The position numbers were made by a program, and so were the translations under genes. From IMG/VR virus record IMGVR_UViG_3300024239_000014, positions 185,641 through 249,640 of that record: DNA of 64,000 bases. One strand, 5' to 3'. The notes under the pieces were generated by a model. That model saw only the letters and a list, made by a program, of their open reading frames with translations, was not told where the DNA came from and searched no databases. Below are positions 58,420-64,000 of the stretch, one piece after another. The first letter of the stretch is position 1; every line of letters starts with the position of its first letter.

Positions 58420-60267
58420 TTACCAGCGAGATGAACCGGCGTAGCCGACGTTGGTCTGGGTGCCGAACTGCTGGGTCTGATGCAGCTGCTGGCCGATACC
58501 GCTGTTGCCGAGGCCCAGCAGACCGAGGTTCTGACGAACCTGCGGCACGCCGTAGAAGCTACCGCGAGAATCGTTCAGACGGATGCCAGCACCCACTTCC
58601 TTCATGGCAGCAGCCAGTGCGGACAGGAAGTCCGGGGTGAAGGTCAGGTGGTAGCCATACCCGGCCAGCTCGTAACCAGGCAGCAGAGCACCGAGCAGGC
58701 GAGCACGTTCAGCCAGGCAAACCGATGCAGGACGACCGGCACGGTTTTCGATGGTTTCGATGTAGCTCGCACGTGCGTGCGGGTCCTGCTGAGTCAGGGC
58801 CAGGATCGCCAGGTGGTCGATATCGCGGATATCCCGCTTCTCGCCGTTGGCGTCGGTGTAGGTACCGAGCAGGATCTGACGACGCAGGGTAACGACTTGC
58901 GGACCCTGTTTCCAGTGGTTGCTGAACGCACCGCCGGTCAGGTTGTTCGCAGCATTCAGGATGGCGGTAGTCGCGGCCTGATTGCCCATCGCCGAGCTGA
59001 TGAACTCGTTGTAGATCGCACTGTACGGGCCAGTGGGATCGACCTGCAACGAAATGATCAGGTTACGGTGGAAAAAGTCGTTGAAGAACGCGCCCATTTC
59101 CTCAGGGGACATGGCGCCGCCTTTGAGACCCTTCACCGGAGCGAACGGAGCGCCCGGCTGTGGCTGATACTCGGTACCCAGGATGCCGACGTCGCGCTGG
59201 TTGATGTCGTTCTTGCTGCCCTTGCCACCCATACCACGCGGCTGGTAAGCCCAGGACCACAGAGCGTTCTCTTCCAGCAGACCAGCAGACACCAGTGCCA
59301 TCAGCACGCGGTCGAGATGCATGTCAACCGACAGCGTGGAGATGTCGGTGATGACCGCTTCGGCCATGTACGCCTTGGTGGAACCCGGCTGCACGATGCC
59401 GTTGACGACCTGCTGACCCACCGGGCCAACGAAGTTGGTGTCAACGTAACCATGCACACGGAACAGGTCACAACCGGCGTTGGCGATGGTACCCGGCTTG
59501 GTGTTTGCCGGACTGGCGCCAACCGAGATCACGACATCAGCACGCACCGGACGACCAACAGCATCAGCGGTCTGCACCAGCGGGAACTGAACAGTACCGT
59601 TCAGCTGTGCCGGTTCTTCCGGAGTACGCAGGGCGATGGCCAGGTTCAGCGGCATGGCTTCGTCGGCCTTGGCGGTGATGTTGGCAAACAGCACGTGGGC
59701 CAGGCGGCGCATGGCGGTTTCGTCGCTGGTATCGATATCGCTCGGCACCACGAGGCAGCCGGAATCGATGACTTCGGCTACGTTGGCGATGCTGTCTTTC
59801 AGGCGACGCTCAACTGCTGACCAGAAGTCGTTGTTCCAGCAGTCGCCGGTGGTGACAGGCAGTTCGTACTGCTGGCCCATGTACTGCTCGACACGCGGTT
59901 GGATGCGGCCGGTCGGTGCCTGGGTCATGATGACGCTGACAAACAGTTTCTTGTCAGCACGGAACTTGCACACGGCAAGCGCGTTGGCCGGGAGGCGGTT
60001 GGCGGCTGCATCCAGCGGCATGGCATGCCAGCCAGCGCCAGCTTCTTTCAGGAAGGTGGACAAACCTTCATGCAGGCGGCGCAGGGTCTCGGCGTCGGCC
60101 ACCGGACGAACCGGAGTGTTACCCGTGCCAGCCAGGGCGAAAATCGAACCCACTGCGCGAGTAGCCACGTCGGCAGCTACCGACTGGGCGGGCGCACCGG
60201 TATCGACCGGAGCACGAGTCGGGGTCTGTGCAGCAGCGGCAGGTTTGGTTTTATCGTTCAAGGCCAT
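58420..60267 (-). CDS. chmA: chimallin, phage nucleus shell protein (phiKZ gp54-like)
   Basis: 615 aa with flexible A/P N-terminus and G/Q C-terminus; GYVDTNF...AVITD...LMAL...W..AYQP pattern; lies between the gp52-like gene and nvRNAP beta'; early promoter; strong codon bias. Confidence 0.85.
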   Translation of the reverse strand: MALNDKTKPAAAAQTPTRAPVDTGAPAQSVAADVATRAVGSIFALAGTGNTPVRPVADAETLRRLHEGLSTFLKEAGAGWHAMPLDAAANRLPANALAVCKFRADKKLFVSVIMTQAPTGRIQPRVEQYMGQQYELPVTTGDCWNNDFWSAVERRLKDSIANVAEVIDSGCLVVPSDIDTSDETAMRRLAHVLFANITAKADEAMPLNLAIALRTPEEPAQLNGTVQFPLVQTADAVGRPVRADVVISVGASPANTKPGTIANAGCDLFRVHGYVDTNFVGPVGQQVVNGIVQPGSTKAYMAEAVITDISTLSVDMHLDRVLMALVSAGLLEENALWSWAYQPRGMGGKGSKNDINQRDVGILGTEYQPQPGAPFAPVKGLKGGAMSPEEMGAFFNDFFHRNLIISLQVDPTGPYSAIYNEFISSAMGNQAATTAILNAANNLTGGAFSNHWKQGPQVVTLRRQILLGTYTDANGEKRDIRDIDHLAILALTQQDPHARASYIETIENRAGRPASVCLAERARLLGALLPGYELAGYGYHLTFTPDFLSALAAAMKEVGAGIRLNDSRGSFYGVPQVRQNLGLLGLGNSGIGQQLHQTQQFGTQTNVGYAGSSRW

Positions 60268-60392
60268 GGAATATCTTCCTTTCTCTGGGTTGGTTTGCTT
60301 TAGCTAAAACAAGCGGTACCTAAAACAGTGCCTCAACTGGAAACCGTCGTTTCCAAGGCTAAGATTGTCTTAGGGTATGCACTCGCCTAATG

Positions 60393-60421
60393 GTGATATA
60401 TAGACGAGATTTTTTGGGATT
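60393..60421 (-). promoter_or_regulatory. putative early promoter for chimallin
   Basis: AATCC-CAAAAAA-TCT-CGTCTA-TATAT-CAC. Confidence 0.7.
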
Positions 60422-60601
60422 CAATCAAGTTGGGGGCTTAGGCCCACGTTGGATCCCTGTTACAGGATCGGCGAGCAGTAGCTCTTCCATACTATACACT
60501 CATTACGTAAATCTTAACAGACGATACATCTTCCACAGATCGTTCCGATGATATGAACGCTTTAAAACAATCATCGTTTTGCGAACCAGAAAGGTAACGC
60601 C

Positions 60602-61699
60602 ATGTTCACGATTTTCACGGATTTGCCTTTGCCAGTGCGTGGCGCACGCCTATTTCCTGAAGTCGATGTTTACCGCGATGGTGTAGAACGGAATATCCGC
60701 ACCATGGTGCGATATTACCAAACCAACACTTTTGCGACACTGAATCAGCATCTGTTGGTTCGGCTGCTCGGATCGTTGTCCATACCTTTCGGTAGTGATG
60801 TTAGAAAATACTACGATGCGGTTTATGACTTGGCGTACGAGCTGGCTTCGGCCATGAACATCACTTCACCCTACCGCACCGGTAAGCCGTCAGATACGCC
60901 TTGGTTATACGGTGACAACTGTGTTGAATTTCCAGTAGCCCTCCATGAGAAGCGCTGGACACTCCCGCCGATGGATGAATCCAATCGCTACGGAATGGAT
61001 CAATACCCGCCGTTACGGATCCTTCGCCATCCCAGAAGCGATTTGTCCTTCCATGCGTTGGATGGGAAAGGTGGTGGGAGTGAGAACGGTGTAGTGGTGT
61101 GGACCATTGACATTCCTTTACTGGCTTGTCAGTGGCGTGCATTTTACCTGGATCAGAAAAAGAAAGCCAGCGGCGACACCTTAGGAGAACAACACTTCTT
61201 GATGAAGTATGTTCTACCTTCGATCATCCGTGACCACGTTCGTGTGGCGTCTGCCAATGCGCTGATTAAGACCTATCTGGGTTTGCCAACGGGTGATGAC
61301 ATGCGTCGTCAGATTGTTGGTTTGCCTGGGTTTGATCTGCGTATGGATACGCTTTACAAGAACATGGCTAATTGGGTAAAAGATCGAAAATTGTCATACG
61401 CTGAAATGGTTAACAGTTTGCAGCTAGCAACGCCAGATGAAACTTGGCGGCTATTGTTTACCATGCCAGATGCTCTCTACACCCGTCAGGTGAAGTGGGT
61501 GCTGTTTCTGGCACAACTGCCGTATGTGGACTTCTTGATGACGCTGGATAAAGCCAGTGGCGCTAGCATCAACGATACTATTAACCAATTGGCCTTACGC
61601 GAACTTCGGTACGCAAAGAACGACAGTGTGTTCCGTCAACAACTGTTGGGCAACGCTTACAGTCAGTTCATGACAACGATTGATCGATTACTGGCATAA
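60602..61699 (+). CDS. conserved virion-associated protein (phiKZ gp52 position)
   Basis: 365 aa; NQHLLVRLL, ILRHP and IDIPLLACQWRAF motifs; synteny. Confidence 0.6.
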   Translation: MFTIFTDLPLPVRGARLFPEVDVYRDGVERNIRTMVRYYQTNTFATLNQHLLVRLLGSLSIPFGSDVRKYYDAVYDLAYELASAMNITSPYRTGKPSDTPWLYGDNCVEFPVALHEKRWTLPPMDESNRYGMDQYPPLRILRHPRSDLSFHALDGKGGGSENGVVVWTIDIPLLACQWRAFYLDQKKKASGDTLGEQHFLMKYVLPSIIRDHVRVASANALIKTYLGLPTGDDMRRQIVGLPGFDLRMDTLYKNMANWVKDRKLSYAEMVNSLQLATPDETWRLLFTMPDALYTRQVKWVLFLAQLPYVDFLMTLDKASGASINDTINQLALRELRYAKNDSVFRQQLLGNAYSQFMTTIDRLLA

Positions 61700-61738
61700 A
61701 GGAACGGGCCCAGGGGAAACCCCTGGGCCCTATGCCGG
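61692..61738. terminator. bidirectional terminator
   Basis: GGGCCCAGGG-loop-CCCTGGGCCC; tails TATGCCGG (+) and TTTATGCCAG (-). Confidence 0.8.
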
Positions 61739-61741
61739 CAA

Positions 61742-63892
61742 TCAGTACAGATCGCTCAGCAGTCGCGTATTATGCGTATCACGCATGAAGATGTTCAAAG
61801 GTTCCAGGATCAGATAAAACGGCGATGTAATGTCGTACACGATGTCACGTACGGCAGCCACATCCGATATCTCTTTAGGAATACCTTTTGTTACCGCAAT
61901 TGGAGCTGGGACGTTAAATGTTCCCACCGCTTTCCGACCATTGCGTTTTAAGTATTCCTCCATGCGCGTAGCCAAGGCTTTATCTTCCATGGATGCAAAC
62001 CACGCTTTCAATAGAGACGGTTTATCCAAATCCACATTGATCTTGATCGCACCGTACGGCGGCGGTGGGACCGATCCATACTTCGGAGCAAAGACTTCTT
62101 CCCAAAGCTCATACGAGGTGTAAGGGTTAGTACCTCCTTCCTTGTATGTTTCCTTAGGTTTTACCTGAAGACCTTTGAAGTACTTAAAGCCGCCATTGCG
62201 GATATCGGCAATAATCTGCCGCTCCACATCTGCCATCTCTTTCAAGATAGGGAGAATGGCAACCTTACCAGTTTCGGCAACAGACTTCAAAATACGGTCG
62301 ATGAATCCGCGAGCCTTCTCGGCGACTTCTGGAGGTGTCTTTGAACTACGCAGCGACACGCCTTTGATTTCGAGTTTAGGTTTAGGCCACACGTTACCCT
62401 CCTGCTCGGTGATGATGCTGTAATAGTGCTTTGCCAATGGCGTAAGGGCAAACACCGGAAACGCATACTCGTTCTTCATGGCCAACTGATGAATCTTGTC
62501 GCGATCGACACCCATGTTGCCGGACATGGTAGCAAGAAGATGTACGACTGTCTGCGATGCGATATACACCATGGCGTTACGGACAGCATTGGTCAACCGA
62601 TCGACTCGATTATAACCAGCGTACCATTTACACCAATTCTGAACCGTAAAAATCGTGGAGTCCGTATCGGAAACCACACCTGCACGTCGAGTGGCCGAAG
62701 TAAACGACGCAACTGATAATGGCATATTGCGGGTGGTCAGTAGCCCTCGAATAATCGGACGATACTTATCCAGCACCGCATACGTCTTCAATGCAGTAGA
62801 CGCAATCCGACCACGGATTTCCAGCGGTTCGTCCTTGAGGTCGACGGCTTTACCGTCAGCACCCACTGAACGCATATGCGCTGTCAACGAACCAATAAAC
62901 GCCTTCATGTCGCTATCAAGCGACTTCATAACAGCGTCGGGTTCCGGATGAACATCATCAGATACTTCGATCATGTCGCCAATCAATTGGCGCATCAGCT
63001 CCTGGTTATATTTACCCAGGTGATACAAATCGCCAATGTACATGAAAGCAGCGCGTTCAACTGGCGTGCAGCCATTGAGCAACTGCAAGATCTGCTGGTA
63101 GGCTTCGCCCGACTGGGAAATCCAATAGAAGTCGCTGCTGTAACGAACGCAATCTAAACATTCGTCTGCTGTCGGCAAATACAGATTGAACATATCCACG
63201 GCTTCTTGGAAAGCCGTGAAGTCAGTCAATGCGATGATGGAAACAATGTTTTCAATCACCACATTGTGGTTGTAGTAATGGCGGTTACCCCACAACAACT
63301 TTTCGTTATTGGCGTTAGCGTAAGCCGCTGCCGTCCGACAGGTGGACGTTAAGGTGCTGTGTGCTGAACGAAGCCAGAGGACTGTGAACTTGGAGTTATG
63401 GGCGCCAGAAAGTGAGTTGTTGTTGATCTTGAACGATGTCTGTTCTGAGTTCTTGATACCCTCTAAGACCACGTCACCTGCATGCTTGGCAGCGTACATG
63501 GCGTGCTTGGCTGCGTTGCGTTTAGCAACGTTACCGCCAATATACATACCGAGCAACGAACGCTTTTCGCGAGCATTGAGATAGATCGCCAAAGAAGGAG
63601 ATGCGATGCGTCGTTTTTCAACGATATCATCCAGCATCTCATCAAAGGTGATGACTTCTTTAACGCGATTACCTTCGGTGTGGCGAGTCAGCACCAGTGC
63701 TGCTGGATCGGTTTTGGCAAATTTACCACCAAAGGCTGTAACTCGTTTAACGTGCTCAAATGCCACGGCATAAGACACTTTAGACATCCGCTCGATATAC
63801 AGAGCCGCATTGTGGCAATACTGTTCGTAAAATCGATAATCTCGTTTATACGAAGCAGGCGGGTTAACAAAATGGTTAGTTCTTGCACTCAT
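61742..63892 (-). CDS. family B DNA polymerase subunit (motifs B and C; phiKZ gp50-like)
   Basis: Motif B KINNNSLSG; motif C VSDTDST; KNEY and EIKGVSLRSS. Confidence 0.85.
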   Translation of the reverse strand: MSARTNHFVNPPASYKRDYRFYEQYCHNAALYIERMSKVSYAVAFEHVKRVTAFGGKFAKTDPAALVLTRHTEGNRVKEVITFDEMLDDIVEKRRIASPSLAIYLNAREKRSLLGMYIGGNVAKRNAAKHAMYAAKHAGDVVLEGIKNSEQTSFKINNNSLSGAHNSKFTVLWLRSAHSTLTSTCRTAAAYANANNEKLLWGNRHYYNHNVVIENIVSIIALTDFTAFQEAVDMFNLYLPTADECLDCVRYSSDFYWISQSGEAYQQILQLLNGCTPVERAAFMYIGDLYHLGKYNQELMRQLIGDMIEVSDDVHPEPDAVMKSLDSDMKAFIGSLTAHMRSVGADGKAVDLKDEPLEIRGRIASTALKTYAVLDKYRPIIRGLLTTRNMPLSVASFTSATRRAGVVSDTDSTIFTVQNWCKWYAGYNRVDRLTNAVRNAMVYIASQTVVHLLATMSGNMGVDRDKIHQLAMKNEYAFPVFALTPLAKHYYSIITEQEGNVWPKPKLEIKGVSLRSSKTPPEVAEKARGFIDRILKSVAETGKVAILPILKEMADVERQIIADIRNGGFKYFKGLQVKPKETYKEGGTNPYTSYELWEEVFAPKYGSVPPPPYGAIKINVDLDKPSLLKAWFASMEDKALATRMEEYLKRNGRKAVGTFNVPAPIAVTKGIPKEISDVAAVRDIVYDITSPFYLILEPLNIFMRDTHNTRLLSDLY

Positions 63893-64000
63893 CCGACACC
63901 CTAACTGACAATGAAACGAATCCTAGTATACATGTACCCGGACCGTATAAAAAGACAGGAAAAATAGGTTTGCGGAAAAAACCCCTCCCATTACGTGAGG

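Noticed and set aside
58480-60307. 446-aa and 223-aa + strand ORFs opposite chimallin
   Set aside because: Same antisense shadow effect.
60430-61706. Panhandles at other genes (gp52-like, 2883, 32225, 55166, DnaB)
   Set aside because: Best matches found by eye were only 5-7 bp, consistent with chance.
1-64000. tRNA, rRNA, CRISPR array, integrase or IS element
   Set aside because: None recognised by eye; intergenic gaps are accounted for by promoters, terminators and leaders. tRNAscan-SE would confirm.

Overview
This window is a 64-kb segment of a nucleus-forming jumbo phage (phiKZ-like, Chimalliviridae). Read on the minus strand, it follows phiKZ core gene order: split family-B DNA polymerase, chimallin, non-virion RNA polymerase (nvRNAP) subunits, SbcD-like nuclease, ChmC-like RNA-binding protein, gp68-like subunit, PicA-like import factor, SF2 helicase, virion RNAP subunit, head/baseplate proteins, DnaB-like helicase, major capsid protein and the gp123-like nvRNAP subunit (cut by the window edge). 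phiKZ gp orthologies come from motifs, size and synteny as I recall them, not from a database search. The host cannot be determined. Main observations beyond the ORF track: (1) the genes for capsid, chimallin and ChmC, probably among the most abundant products, are each bracketed by complementary 5'- and 3'-UTR segments that would close the mRNA into a panhandle; (2) two related ORF-less group I introns interrupt the RNAP N|ADFDGD catalytic motif and DNA polymerase motif A; (3) a likely programmed -1 frameshift (T TTT TTC) gives a G/GT-type extended assembly chaperone; (4) seven consecutive small single-pass membrane proteins sit behind early promoters; (5) a fixed-spacing bipartite early promoter occurs six times, and many terminators end in a conserved TGCCG tail.
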